From contig NW_005434665.1 in assembly GCF_000315625.1 (NCBI RefSeq), positions 849,188-904,559 on the forward strand: 55,372 nt of DNA, written 5' to 3'. The translations under genes were made by a program, and so were the position numbers. Positions 33,602-52,150 of this stretch are shown one piece after another. Each line of letters opens with the position of its first letter. Within the stretch, counting starts at the first letter, position 1. The DNA is from Guillardia theta CCMP2712. Taxonomy: Eukaryota; Protista; Cryptophyta. The notes beneath the pieces were generated by a model, which saw only the letters and a program-made list of their open reading frames with translations, was not told where the DNA came from and did no database searches.

Positions 33602-35603
33602 TCATGACCTTGAGCTGCAGGGGGTCAGCTGGGAGGAATCAGGGTGGCAAGTAACCTGTCAGAGCTCGAGCTGCTCGATGATGACCTGCTCCGCCGTTTC
33701 CTCTCTGAGCTCCTGCAGAAGCTGTCAGCAAGAGGAGGAGGCGTCAAGAGGTGTGGAGACCTGTCCCGACTTCTGCTCCTGGACCTCCTGCATCAGTGTC
33801 GTCAGTTTGCTGGAGTCAAGGACCAGCAACGGCTGTACCTCTCATTCCTTGGAGGGGGCGAGTCTTTCTTTCCGCTGCCATTTCGCTCTGGCGATCTTCG
33901 CCTACACAAGGCAACCGTCATACTCTGGCAGCAGCGGCTCATTCGAGGGACCTCAGAGGAGACTGCCGTCTCGGGGGGCTACGGAAGCGACGTGGAGAGT
34001 TTCTTCGAGGAGACCTTGAATTTCTCCTAAAGGGAGATGGAAACCGTCGCCTTCTCGGCGATCTTGAGTCCCTCCTGGGAGATCTTGACCTCCTTCTCAG
34101 CGGCGAACGTGACCGACGAGGCGACCTAGAGCTGCGTCGAGGAGGAGACCTCGATCCTCGCTTAGGAGGAGACCTCGATCCTCGTCTAGGAGGAGACCTC
34201 GATCCTCGCTTAGGAGGTGATCTCGATCCTCGTCTAGGAGGAGACCTCGATCCTCGCTTAGGAGGAGACCTCGATCCTCGCTTAGGAGGAGACCTCGATC
34301 TACGCTTAGGAGGTGACCTCGATCCTCGCTTAGGAGGTGACCTCGATCCTCGCTTAGGAGGAGACCTCGATCCTCGCTTAGGAGGAGACCTGGATCCTCG
34401 CTTAGGAGGAGACCTCGATCCTCGCTTAGGAGGAGACCTCGATCCTCGCTTAGGAGGAGACCTCGATCCTCGCTTAGGAGGAGACCTCGATCCTCGCTTA
34501 GGAGGCGACCTGGATCCTCGCTTAGGAGGCGACCTAGACGCTCGCCTAGGAGGTGACGCTCGCCTAGGAGGTGACCTAGACCCTCGCCTAGGAGGAGACC
34601 TAGATCTGCGTCTGAGTGGGGACCTGGATCTCCTCTTGGGAGGAGATCTCGACGCTCGCTTAGGAGGAGACCTAGATCTCCTTCGAGGGGGTGGAGGAGA
34701 ATTCCTCCGGCGAGGAGAACGAGAGTCCCTTCTCTGAGAGCCGTGGTGTTGTTCCTTGCCGTGGGGCGATGGTTTGCCATCACGATCCTTAGATCTGCGC
34801 TCATGCTCTTGGGGATTAGAGGTTCGCCTTTCTTTCTCAGACTCGTGACGAGTCTCTTCTCGGCCCCTGTGATGGTGTTCGCCTGCATGGTTGTGAGCAT
34901 CCGAGTTCTTGTCCTTGTGTCGATGATCCTTCTCCGACTTGGACTTCTTCGCTGCTTTCTTGGCTGCTTTCTTGGCTGCTTTCTTGGCTGCTTTCCTCGC
35001 CTTTTTCTCTGCTTTGCTCTCCTTTGAATCGTGTTTCCTCTTCCTATCCTCAGAATGTCTTTCATCCCTGTCCTCAGCAGCGTGCAGAACTCCACAAGAA
35101 TGAATCACCACGTCATCAATGGGCTTATCTCGAGGACCAGTTTGCACTTTCTCCATCTCTCGAACCACCTCCATCCCCGCAATCACCCGTCCGAACACCA
35201 CATGCTTGCCGTTCAGGTGAGGGGTCGGCTGGAAGGTGATGAAGAATTGCGAGCCGTTGGTGTTGGGCCCGGAGTTTGCCATGCTCAGCAGACCGGGCCG
35301 GTCATGCTTGGACACAAAGTTCTCGTCCGGGAACTTCGCCCCGTAGATGCTCTCGCCCCCGGTACCGTCCCCGCGAGTGAAATCTCCTCCCTGCGCCATG
35401 AACCCGGAGATGATCCTGTGGAATTTGCATCCTTTGAAATGCAGAGGCTTCCCGCTTGCTCCCTGCCCCATCTCGCCCGTGCACAACTTGAGGAAGTTGG
35501 TGGCGGTCTTCGGGACTACATCCATGTAAAGCTCCATTTGGATCCTTCCGGCCGGAAGGAGTCCGATCTTGATGTCGAAGAACACGACGGGGTTCTTGCC
35601 CAT
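33602..35603 (-). CDS. Cyclophilin-type PPIase with a long RS/SP domain (PPIG/CYP63-like SR-cyclophilin)
   Basis: [11 protein letters not shown]...[28 protein letters not shown]...[20 protein letters not shown]...[12 protein letters not shown], followed by Lys-rich and RSPP repeats. Short 3' exons inferred to a stop at 33602-33604. Confidence 0.93.
34130..34690. repeat. Coding 24-bp tandem repeat, (RSPPKRGS)n
   Basis: Unit ggaggagacctcgatcctcgctta, about 16 near-identical copies plus degenerate flanks. Confidence 0.95.
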
Positions 35604-36325
35604 CTGTCAACCATCGTCAAGAGGGAGGGACATGCCAGCTGATCTCAGCTAGCAAGCAATCTAAGTGAGTTTGTCAGTGAGTACTGATACGACCCGACAA
35701 GTTTGTAGGGCCCCGTACCACCACACTGCTCATGATCCTGCCACCATTCCTGATCCTCATCCTATCCACTTTCCTAATCATGATCTCCACTGCGTGAGAG
35801 GAAGTTCTTTCGTGCGTCATAACTTCCTTCTCGACATTCACTACCTCTCGCCCATTTGATCCTCGGACAAGACCCGCGGAATCAACATTCCGGTCGCCGA
35901 GGTTGAGGAAACAGCAGGTTTAACGCCATCGTCATCATACACAACAACAATGACATGACCTGTAGCATCTACCATGACGCAATATCCTTGTCTCCGCACT
36001 GGAAACATCACCTCGCATCTACCACAGCATCCTCCGCACCCAGGCACAATGAGCAACCCCTTCCACTCCCCTCCCTCCTCGTCCCAGCACTCTCAGTCAC
36101 CACATCTCGTCAAGCAGCTGCTCACGTCCTTCAACACCCTCCCTCCGACTTCTCTTCGCTCTCCCCATCCCCCATCCTTCCTCCTCTTGTCTTTCCCACA
36201 TGCCCTCTGGCGGCGCAAGTGCGAATTGCCCTCATCCCCCCTCAAACATTCCATTCCGGGCCACCCGAGGCGGGCTTGACCTCATCCCCCCACAGGCCCC
36301 GAGGACATCTAAGGACAGATCCAAT

Positions 36326-37026
36326 ATGCTGCGGCGCCTCGTGGTGGTCGCTATGCTCGCGTGCGCGTCAGCGTTCCATGCTCCCTCCTTCCTCCCTCCC
36401 TCCTCAGGTCTCCACAGAAATCTCCATACCTCCTCCATCTCTCCTTCCAGAGGCTTCGGGAAAGCCATCCCTGCCGCGTGCCCTGGAATCAAGTCAAGGG
36501 CTTCACGGGCCCTCGTGGCTCCCAGGGTGAGTGGGTTGATGTGCCGTTGAGAGCGAACTGTAGCGCTAATTACTGCTGCTTGATCTTCGATCCTGAGATG
36601 AAGATTTGTTTCTTTGAGAACCTCCTTGCGCTTCTCCCTGCTGCCTCGTTCGCGCTGATGTTGGACGTTGTCAGATGGAGCTGGATGATTCGACAGTAGC
36701 AGGAGCCATTGCTGCGCTCGCCGGTATCGGCGTTGCTGTGGGAGGGATCTACTTCGTTGAGCAGAGGGCAAAGACGAGTTCGTCGGGGATGAGCGAACAG
36801 CTGTACACGAAGCTCGCCTCCAAGATGGACGGGGCCGACGCTGAGAACAAGTTCAGTGGATCGGATCAGACCTTGGAGAGCCTGATCGCAGGCATGGAGG
36901 AAGCACAGGCATGTGTCCTTGCTGCCTTGAGGATGACATCTGATGACCTGATGTTTTGAGCAGGGAGTTAAAAGAGAGCCGAAGGCGAAGGCCAAGGTTG
37001 AGGAGGAGGAGGATGACGGATGGTGA
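36326..37026 (+). CDS. Small plastid-targeted single-pass membrane protein (exons 36326-36526, 36675-36908, 36964-37026)
   Basis: Bipartite leader MLRRLVVVAMLACASA|FHAPSF plus a Ser/Arg-rich transit peptide; TM VAGAIAALAGIGVAVGGIYFV; acidic end EEEEDDGW*. The second intron has a GC donor. Confidence 0.8.
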
Positions 37027-37319
37027 AGTTCGCGGGATCTTATCGCCCGCACGCTCACAGACGCTGGTGTGAGGTGTCTTCTGCTGAGCTTTCTAGCATG
37101 TGAAGAGAATGATGATATCGAAACTCTCTGTGAGACTTCTGGTGATGTGTTCATCCTGAAGAGATAGCAAGGTTTCAAATCTATGGCTCATTTATTCTTT
37201 CATTCTTACACTGCATCTTCTATCAAGCCATCATCCCCACTCCTAAGTGTGATGAGAGTGATAGTGCACTATGAAGTTAAGCTGCAAGGACGGACTGACA
37301 CCCTCCCGTGTCTATTCTT

Positions 37320-38267
37320 TCACGCCTTAGACAAGGACGTTAGTCGAGTCATCAGCTCCTGCAGCGTAGATCAGCGGTGAAATCATTCACCAAAAGGAAG
37401 ACGGTCACCTTTGAACTGAGGTTGAGCCAATCAACAACAACCATGAAGATAACGATGATGACCGTAGACAACAGGCATGATGTTGGGCCGAACGCCCAGG
37501 CCACAGCAGGAAAGGACACGAGCATCTGTCTATTTGCCCACCACGAACACGCAGCCGCTCTACAGACAGCAAAAAAGTGAGCGAACGACATGGCTACGTC
37601 TAATCACACCTGTCGTACAGTTTGGCGACCATCTTCACCACTTCCTCCTGATTACAGAGACTTGAGTACTGATTACAACCAGGCAAGGCAAGCACCTTGT
37701 TTGCCTCACAGCTCGAGCAGCCGACTAGCAGAGACATGTGGCGGAGAAGTCGAAGATATTGTGTGGAGCACAGGAATACTCCACCAAAGAGGATGAGGAC
37801 GAGAGAAATCTTGACGGATGAAGGAACTACGGAAGATTTTCCTGCAGGAACGAGAAAGTCCAAAGTGCTCAGCATCTGAGCAAACCCATGAGAGTCTGAA
37901 GGTTGACCGAACATCTATATCTCACCTCAAGACGTTTGGAGAGGTCAACGGAGGAGGCAGCGGCGATGATCACCGTCACAGCGACAAACGCGCTCTTTGC
38001 GATGAAGATACCGATGAATATCTCATTCCTGATTGATTGCACTCCAAGAATGGCGTGCTTGTTGTCCGATAAGATCTTTTCAACCCATATAGTCCTGAAC
38101 ACTCTACCGAAACCAAACACTGTGTGCTCTGGCTTCTTAACGATGTAGCGGTGGTGGATCGCGTGGTAGGTGAAGATCAAAACGAAGGAGGTGAGCAGGA
38201 GGAGGGGCTCGACGACGAAGTCATACTGGGGTGGGGCTGGCGTTTCATCGAAAAGAATGTCAGCCAT
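37320..38267 (-). CDS. DUF599-family multi-pass membrane protein
   Basis: YH...PEHTVFG...RTIWVEKIL...AILGVQSIRN, later FPAVAWAFGPTSCLLST; last exon ELMTRLTSLSKA*. Confidence 0.75.
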
Positions 38268-38821
38268 GAGAGGTGCGAGGGCCTTGGGGTCTGTTGAGCT
38301 CTTCTCAGAGCAGCTGATTCAAGTAGGAAAGACAGTCCTGCAGACAAACAGTGAATCATACACGATACGCTGTACACCTTTGCATGCTCTTTTCATCACT
38401 GAGATCTTATCCCTTAACTTCAGGATGTTCTCCTCCCTCCATCCCCCTTTCCCCCTTTCCCCTCATTCCTCTCGCTCCTATGCTTACAGGCAACTTGGCC
38501 CTTGTTCAGCAGCTCCCTCTCCCTCTCCCTCTCCGTCTCCGTCTCCGTCTCCGTCTCCCTCTTCCTTGCTCATCTCCTACACTCTCTTCCTCACTGAATC
38601 TTCTGCTCCTTCCCTCCCCGTCCCCTCCTGATCTACCTCGCTCTCCCTTCCATTCTTCCTCTCGTCCTCCCTCTCTCCCTCTCTCCCTCCTCTTCCCATC
38701 TTGCGGCTCCGCACCATTCCCCAACACCCCCAAAATTTTACTCAACCAGGGAAGTACGGCGAACTTTTCCAATAAATGAGTTTCCCAGGACAGGAATCCG
38801 CCCCGACCCGGCGGACGCCTT

Positions 38822-44723
<5,902 letters not shown>

Positions 44724-44909
44724 AGGCGACAGGAAAGTTTTTGACTAGATGGTGGGTACCACGAATGTCGGAAGACCCTGTGCTATAGATATTTATATAA
44801 CACGTTGAATTTGTATAGTCACCATGAATATTTTTGCAATAAAACTGATCGATAGTCAATAAAATATATTAGAGCACAATAGATCCCCTCCTGCGCGGGA
44901 GAGGCGAAG

Positions 44910-47357
44910 ATGGCGTCGGGGCTTCCAGCGAACTTTTTCGATGCAGCAGGAGCAAGCTCCGCCTCTCTGTCAGGACGAGAGCATGCTGTCGAAGGATTCT
45001 TTGATAAGCAGGAGGACGAGCAAGTCGGAGGAAAGAGGAAGCGAGAGGAGGAGGAGGAGGAGGATGAAATGGGAGCTGATGGGATGGAGGAGGCTGGGGA
45101 GGAGGAGGACGATGAGACGAAGATGAACAAGATGCTTGATCAAGCTGAAGGGGTTGAGATTATGGACATTCATCAGGTGAGCCATTCTTTGAAATTCCGT
45201 TTATATCTCCTCGTCTCCTGTTGAGAGTCAAAATGCAGTTAAAGCGAGCGGTGCTATCACTGGAAAGGAAGATTGCGAAGAATCAGGAGATGAGAGTGAA
45301 ACATGCAGATGAACCAACAAGATTCCTAGACAGTGAGGTGAAATTCTCTCGTTTCCTACGATTTCACCTCTTCACCCTCCCTCTGTCTTGATCTCCTTCC
45401 CTCACTTCGCATCTCCTTGGTCATCCTTGTGATTGACCCGTTCTCGTTCAGGTGGAACTCTACGAGGACATCAACAAGCTTCAAGCACTCGCAACGGCAC
45501 CAGAGCTTTATGGAGAGTTCGTGAAGCTGAACGCCGTGCAGAAGGTGGATGAAGCCCTCTCTACCTTTGATCGTCTTACTCTCGAGCTTCAGCTCTCCGA
45601 ACTTCTGGATCACGAGAACGTTGACATAACTTTGGCCACAATTGAGCTGATGAACGAGCTCACGGACCCTGATGCTCTGGGAGAGATGGAATCTGAAGAT
45701 TGCTTGAAGGTGCAGATGTTTCTCTTCCCATTGAACTATCCTGATAGCAGTTGCAGGACCTGGTCAACTCCTTGGTTGAAAACGCGTTCCTAGAGTTGCT
45801 GGCGAAGAACTTAGGTACGAGTATCAATCCAATGCACAGCAATATTACTTTCCTCTGACCGGATACTTGCAGCAAGAATCGACGAGGGCGAGGACGATGG
45901 AAGACAAGGGATATATAACGCACTCTCCATCATCGAGAACTTGAGCGAGCTTCAGCCGCATGCCCTGGAGGCGATCTGTGACAAGACAGAATTGGTTGAG
46001 TTGGTCTGCGGGTATTCCCAATCCTGAACGGACCTTGCAGGTTCCATGGTTGTTCAAAAGATTGCGCGTCAAGACCTTCGATCAGAACAAGCTGTACTGC
46101 AGCGAGATCATCTCGATATTGTGAGATTGCCTGAAGAGCTCCTCCATTACTTACACCCTGTCGCTCTCAGATGCCAGCAGAATCAAGAAAACCAGAAGAA
46201 GATCGGCTCGGACGGTGGGATGGACAACCTGCTCCAGTTGACTTCTTCGTGGAAGAAGAAGGATCCTAAGGACAGCGATGAATCTGAAATGATCCAGAAT
46301 CTCTTCGACTCCATCTGCTCTTGCGTCATGGTGCCAGAGAACCTGGCTGCATTTGTCGAGGGGGAGGGAATCGAACTGATGGTTATCATGCTTCAAGCTC
46401 GAAAGTTTGCTGCTCGCTGTGCATTGAAGGTGAGCGTCGTCCTTGGTTCACGTCTCCCTCAGAGTGGAAAAGGTGCTGGATTATTCTCTTTCAAGAAGCA
46501 ATGCCGCCTGCGAAAGATTTGTGAATGCTGCCGGCCTCAAAACACTCTTCCCAGGGTTTCTCAAGCCTCAAAGCATTCTGGTAATCTCGGATGATGATCA
46601 TCGCGCGCAGTGACAGAATTCACAACAGGCGAATTGCAACTTCAAGGAGGCGAAGGGAGGTGCGAGAGAAGACGAGGAGCATGTAGTATCCATCATCTCA
46701 TCGCTGATTCTCCGACTCGGCGGAGACCTTCACTCGAGGGTCCTGCAAAAGTTTGTGGAGAATGGATTCGAGAAGGTGGTTAGCGTGCCTGTTCTTCGCG
46801 TCTTGACGAGCTACACAGCTTGACAAGTTGATCGAGCTCCACGAGAAATATTATACCTTGGTGGAATCTGCTGCTGATGTACGCACGCGCCTCCGATCGC
46901 TGGGGACGTGGTTGGCTGATTCTCGTTCAGGAGGAAGAAAAGGACGAAGACGAGGAGGACGGCTATGAAAACATGACTGCGGAGGAGAGGCGATACCTTG
47001 CGCGCTTAGACAAGGGCCTTTTCATTCTTCAACTGGTCAGATTCGTCGGATCTGGAGGAGGATGGGGAGGTTTGATCTTTCCAGCAGGTGGACACTATCT
47101 TAGCTTTCTTGCTCACCGAAGATCTTCCCGGCATCGAGAAGCGAATCCGCATGCTGCTCCACCAGAGCGACGCTGGGATCGAACAGGTACGCTAGCCCAC
47201 GGCAGGTCGAGGACGTGATGGCAGCACGCAGGTGATCAAGGTGATGAAGGAGTACCACGACAACATCGGCGATGAATCGACAGGAGGAGAGGATGCTTTG
47301 AACATGAAGGAGATCACCGGGGACTTGCTGGATTTCCTCAAGGAGAAGCAGCCGTAG
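44910..47357 (+). CDS. CTNNBL1: Beta-catenin-like protein 1 (Prp19/CDC5L complex subunit), multi-exon
   Basis: LERKIAKNQEMRVKHADEPTRFLDSE|VELYEDINKLQALATAPELY, LLDHENVDI..IELMNELTD, FDQNKLYCSEII, EMIQNLFDSICS, FVEGEGIELMVIML, YLARLDKGLFILQ; stop TAG 47355-47357. Confidence 0.93.
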
Positions 47358-47563
47358 TGGAGTCAAGACATCGCATTCATTACATCTACAAGTTTCCTAA
47401 GACACACCTCGTGTCGCACAGCAGCACACAGTCTGATGTGTCGAAAAAATCTTCACATGTTGAACTGATTGTTGACCGTCTTGTACTCGAAGCACAGTGC
47501 AGCTGGTCGACCCCCCTTATCGGAAACGATCCGTGTCGCTGCGATTCGGTTACTCCCACCATT

Positions 47564-47866
47564 CCTATGTTCACATCCATATGTTCACATCCATATGTTC
47601 ACATCCATATGTTCACATCCATATGTTCACATCCATATGTTCACATCCCTATGTTCACATCCATATGTTCACATCCATATGTTCACATCCCTATGTTCAC
47701 ATCCCTATGTTCACATCCATATGTTCACATCCCTATGTTCACATCCATATGTTCACATCCCTATGTTCACATCCATATGTTCACATCCATATGTTCACAT
47801 CCATATGTTCACATCCATATGTTCACATCCATATGTTCACATCCATATGTTCACATCCATTTGTTC
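47564..47866. repeat. 14-bp minisatellite, (TATGTTCACATCCA/C) x about 21
   Basis: Tandem units with one variable position (a/c) and no spacers. Confidence 0.95.
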
Positions 47867-47989
47867 TCCTCTTCATGTCTTTTGTGATTGCCCAAACGCG
47901 CTGTCCTCCCTCCCCGCATCTTCCTCGTAAATCTTTCTCCTTCCCTCTCCCTCCCCCTTCCCCTCCCCTTCTTGCCGGTTTTTCCGACT

Positions 47990-48590
47990 TCGTGGAGGGG
48001 TGGGGTACATAAATGGAAGCCTGGAGGTGTTTTTGAAGGGCAGAAACAGGGTGGTTTAGGTGGTACAGGGGGTAGGGGTCCTCAGCAAACCAAGGGCGGA
48101 AAGGGGGGGGAGGAAATGACTTTTGGACGGCAATACTGTAGTGACAGTAGGAGGATTGGGGGGGTAACCGTTTACTAGGGGTGGTAGGATGGTTGTTCAG
48201 AAGGGGAAAGTAGGGGTACTTGAGAAGCTAAACCTTGATAGGAGGGGTACTAAAACGATCCTCAAGGAACCGATGAAGTTTTCGGTTCGGATCGGAGTAG
48301 GAAATTGAGTAGGTGGGGGTGGTTCAGCGGTAGTAACCAATTCGTGGAGACCAGGTAGGGGTCATGGTAGGAATTGGAGGGGTGGTACAATTCGTGGAGA
48401 CCAGGTAGGGGTCATGGTACCAATTGGGGGGGTGGTACAACTCTTGCCGCGCACTGCAAGAGGCAGGTGGTAGTGGACTGAGTCATACCGAGAGGGTAGG
48501 GGGTCATTTCATGGAGGCGCTTGGGAGGGGTGGTGGGGGTGGGGGTGAAGGGTGGCGGTGACTGTAGGGGGTGGGTGTAGGGTAGTGGAT
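47990..48590. promoter_or_regulatory. GGGGTA-rich intergenic tract containing a 50-bp tandem duplication (48338-48437)
   Basis: Dense ggggta/gggtgg motifs; caattcgtggagaccaggtaggggtcatggta occurs twice with a 50-nt period. Confidence 0.45.
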
Positions 48591-49093
48591 CTGGAGCCGC
48601 AGAACATGATGCAGCAATCATCGTCAGCAGCCGCAGCAGAGGTGAGGGGGGAAGAGGAGGAGGGAGGGGGCGGGAGAGGGGGGGGAGGGAGGGAAGGAAG
48701 GGGAAGTGGAGGAAGGAGGGGGCGGGAGAGGGGGGAGAGGGAGGGAAGGAAGGGGAGGAGGAGGAGCAAAGAGGAGCAGTAGAGAAGGTGCGGGAGAAAA
48801 GAGAAGCATGGAGAGGGGGTGAGAAAGTTTCAAGAGCAGATGAAAGGTTTGAATGTGATGAAGGACGGAAAGAGAAGGAGGAGGAGATGAAAGTTTCTAG
48901 GCAATATGAAGGGGATATCAGAGAGGTATCAACAATGAGATTCAGAACTTCGTTTGCGAACAATTTGATAGAGTTAGAAATCTCAACACGATGAGGATGG
49001 AGAGAGTGTGACGACGCCAACCACAGCGAGATAGTTAAAGACACATTTCTAAGAGATGCAGGACATGTGAATTAAAACATGGTTGCAGGATGA

Positions 49094-50513
49094 ATGGATG
49101 AGAACAATGTTCAGACCTTCTACAATGTACTCCGGGCCGGGGAGCCGGTGCAGGTGCAGGACTTTGCCCTCTACGGGTCCAACGCGAGCGGCTCTCACGT
49201 TTCAGATGCCGCGAGCATGCTGTCGATGATCGATGACTACTCCTTCGATCAGAGAGAGATCCCCCAGGTCCTCATCAACCCTCAGATGCTTCCCGCCTAC
49301 GACGCCCGGCCCGTCCGCTACGAGTATCCGGCCGAGACCCTCCATCCTCAAGTGACGTACGGGGCTCTTCCTGCAGGAATGACGTTTGCACCTTCCTATG
49401 CCGTCGAGCGTCAACCCTACTTCTCGCAGCCGATGATGGCGCAGCCCGTCGTCACCTCCCAGTACCTCCCTGCCCACCACATGCTGCATTCCCAGCCCAT
49501 GATTCCCCAGCAGCAGGTCCTTCACTCCCGGGCATTGCAAGGACAGCAGCTGCTTCATCCTCAAACCCTTCACTCCCACCATCTCGTTCAGCCCCACCAG
49601 ATGCTCCAACCCAAGAACGTGCACCAGCCTCAACCCATGATCTCAGCGCAGTATGTGCCTCAGCCCCAGCACATGGTCCAGCCCAGGCAGCTCGACCGCG
49701 ACCCCCGTCATCCCGTCCCTCGAGAGCAGTTCAAGTCGGATCCCAGGCCTTATCCCCGTGAAGTTGAACAGCCTCTTGCAAGCACCACCCAGCAGCCTCC
49801 TCAACCTCCTGTCCTCGCCACGATCGGCATTTCCCTCTGGCAGCGCGGCAAGTACTTCGTGGTATCTGGAGTGACCCAGGGGTCCAGCGCTTACAACCTT
49901 GGCCTTCGGGTAGTCGACGCTCTTGTTGTCAGCGCATGATCTGATCGCTATGCCAGGTTGGGGATGTGATCAGGAAGGTGAATCGGGTGCCAGTCAAGGG
50001 ATGGACCCTAGAACAAGTCCAAGCTGTGCTCACGGTCGTTGCTCTTCATTCATTGCTCCTGCTCTGTTTGTGAGACTTTGAGAGCAGGGCAAGGGAGGGA
50101 GCAGCGTGCTTATCAGGACCACTGACCTCAAGGTCAAGGTCAGGCGTGACTGCGCTTACGTGCCCGAGCATCGCAAGCAGGTTTCAGGGCAGTACAACGG
50201 TGAACTTGCAGATGTCTTGCCCAACTCTCGCTGACAGGCATCAGGTCACATGCATGCGAGGAACGCTCCGCATCAGCCCCATCCTCACCGACACGCGGCT
50301 CACCACATGCAGCACGTGCCCGACCATGGTAGCCAGGTGAACCAGAGGATGCAGCCTCCAGGGTACCAGCCCACCCCGTGGACAGAGGCAGACGAGCAGC
50401 GACGCAATCAGGCATACGACGATTGGATCCATCGGCCTCGCATGGTCGGCAATGGTTACCCCGTGGACAGCATGAACCCGCAGGGTGGTGGAGAAGATGT
50501 TGTTAGGTTGTAA
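49094..50513 (+). CDS. Pro/Gln/His-rich protein with one PDZ domain
   Basis: Spliced PDZ IGISLWQRGKYFVVSGVTQGSSAYNLGLR|VGDVIRKVNRVPVKGWTLEQVQAVLT|GKGGSSVLI; low-complexity flanks; last exon ends GGGEDVVRL*. Confidence 0.7.
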
Positions 50514-50623
50514 CTCGTCATGACAACAAAGGGAAAGGAGACGAATCTTGTTCGCGTACACTGAGTTTGTGAAACCTCCGACAACTCCTGCTCTACTGCT
50601 AGTTGCACCCATCAGCATCTCCA

Positions 50624-52150
50624 TCATATGTGAATGTAGCCCAGGATCTTCATGAGAAGAATCAAGGACATCATTCCCAGCGCCACTGCGAGGATTATAA
50701 TGCAGCACCTGCGCCAGCGTTCACATACAGCCGTCCACTCCCTCCCTCCATGCTCACATGGCTGGGTTTCGACGTTGAGACTTCTCTGCCTTGACAAGCT
50801 CATCAGATGCCTGGGGAAAGGGAACATCAGGCGGGCGGGGGGAGCAAGGGCTGAAGCTGTGTACCTTAGCCGTGTGTTCAGAAGCTTTCTCGATGTTGTA
50901 GTCTATGCGATCAATGATGCTGCCCTGAGCAAGACACATTCAGAAGAGAGCCTGAGTTGAGAGCTTCTCCGCACCTGGTCGATGATCAGAACGGCCAATT
51001 CCTTGAAGATAGTCTGAAGCTCCTTGATGGAATCAGCTACTTTTTCAATCTCCTTCTCCCTTAATTGCACAGACTCTTCCACATCCTCCAACTCTTGCAG
51101 TTGTGCTTGTGTGAAACCAGAATCTTCGAAGTCGAAATTTTCATTCTTCACGGCGGGTTTGTACCTTTGACACAGCAAATGTCAGACATCCAACGTTGCG
51201 CACTGCACGGCCTACTGTGATTTAGCCTCGTTCTCCTTGAGCTTTTCTAAATATCTGCACAGCACAGAGGGAACGTGAAAATGACATCGACAGAGTGTCT
51301 CCGCCTACCTCTTCTGATCTCTTCTGAAAGTCACTGAGAGCTCATGCAGAGTCGTTGCCAACGAAGACTACCGGCCTCTTAGTCAACCACCTGGATGGGC
51401 ACGGGAAACAGACCTGAACGTTTTTTCGCATTGAGAGGTCATGAGCATCCTTCTTGTCTAGCCCGATCGCCACGTCCTACTGGTGCATCAGCCGCCCGCC
51501 CTCTGACAGAAGGAAAGACAGACCTGAATGTTCCTCTCACACTTGCGGAACAAGTCTGAGATCTCATCCGCCAGGCACGAGATCTCCTCTCTCCTCCTCC
51601 TCTCGCTGTCCTCGTCGAAACCTGGCGCAGCGGCTCAGCTTGGAACGAGCAGAGCACACGTGATTCACCGATGCGCTTCGACTTCCCCATCATCTTCGAT
51701 CTGGCATCACAGCTGCTCAGCACTCAAGACAAAGAGGCATCAAGGAGCTTACAGCTCCTCCTTCTTGGTGCGGATGATCTCGAACAACGCCATGGTCCCT
51801 TCCACCTGTTCCCCCCAACATCATCCATGGCTTCTCTTCCCAGATAACCTCCTCACCATCCGGACCCACGAAGGAGCTTCATTCATCACGCCCATCTCAA
51901 TGTCCCCGTTGCCATCCAGCAGTTTCTGCTTGTCTATCTTCTTGGCATGCTTGCTCTGTCAGGACGAGTCAACCATCAACAACTCCCATGCTTCCCTCAC
52001 ATTCTCTCTGTATGACTCCCCAAGGTCTGGACGAGACGCCAGACCACGGAAACTTTCCCTGCCGACGTCGTCGTCAGCATTTTCTCTGCAAGTACATGCG
52101 GGTTTTCACCGGTATCGGATGAAGAGGGAAGTGCGATCGCGACAGGCCAT
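50624..52150 (-). CDS. STX16: Qa-SNARE syntaxin-16 / Tlg2 / SYP4 (multi-exon)
   Basis: N-peptide MACRDRTSLFIRYR; SNARE motif REKEIEKVADSIKELQTIFKELAVLIIDQ|GSIIDRIDYNIE; C-terminal TM CCIIILAVALGMMSLILL. Confidence 0.92.

Noticed and set aside
33751-35095. (GGDLDPRL)n antisense ORF and (LLSEDRG)n alternative-frame ORF
   Set aside because: Shadows of the cyclophilin RS repeat
47564-47866. CRISPR array, or His-rich ORFs in three + frames
   Set aside because: No unique spacers and eukaryotic context; the ORFs exist only because the 14-mer lacks stops on the + strand
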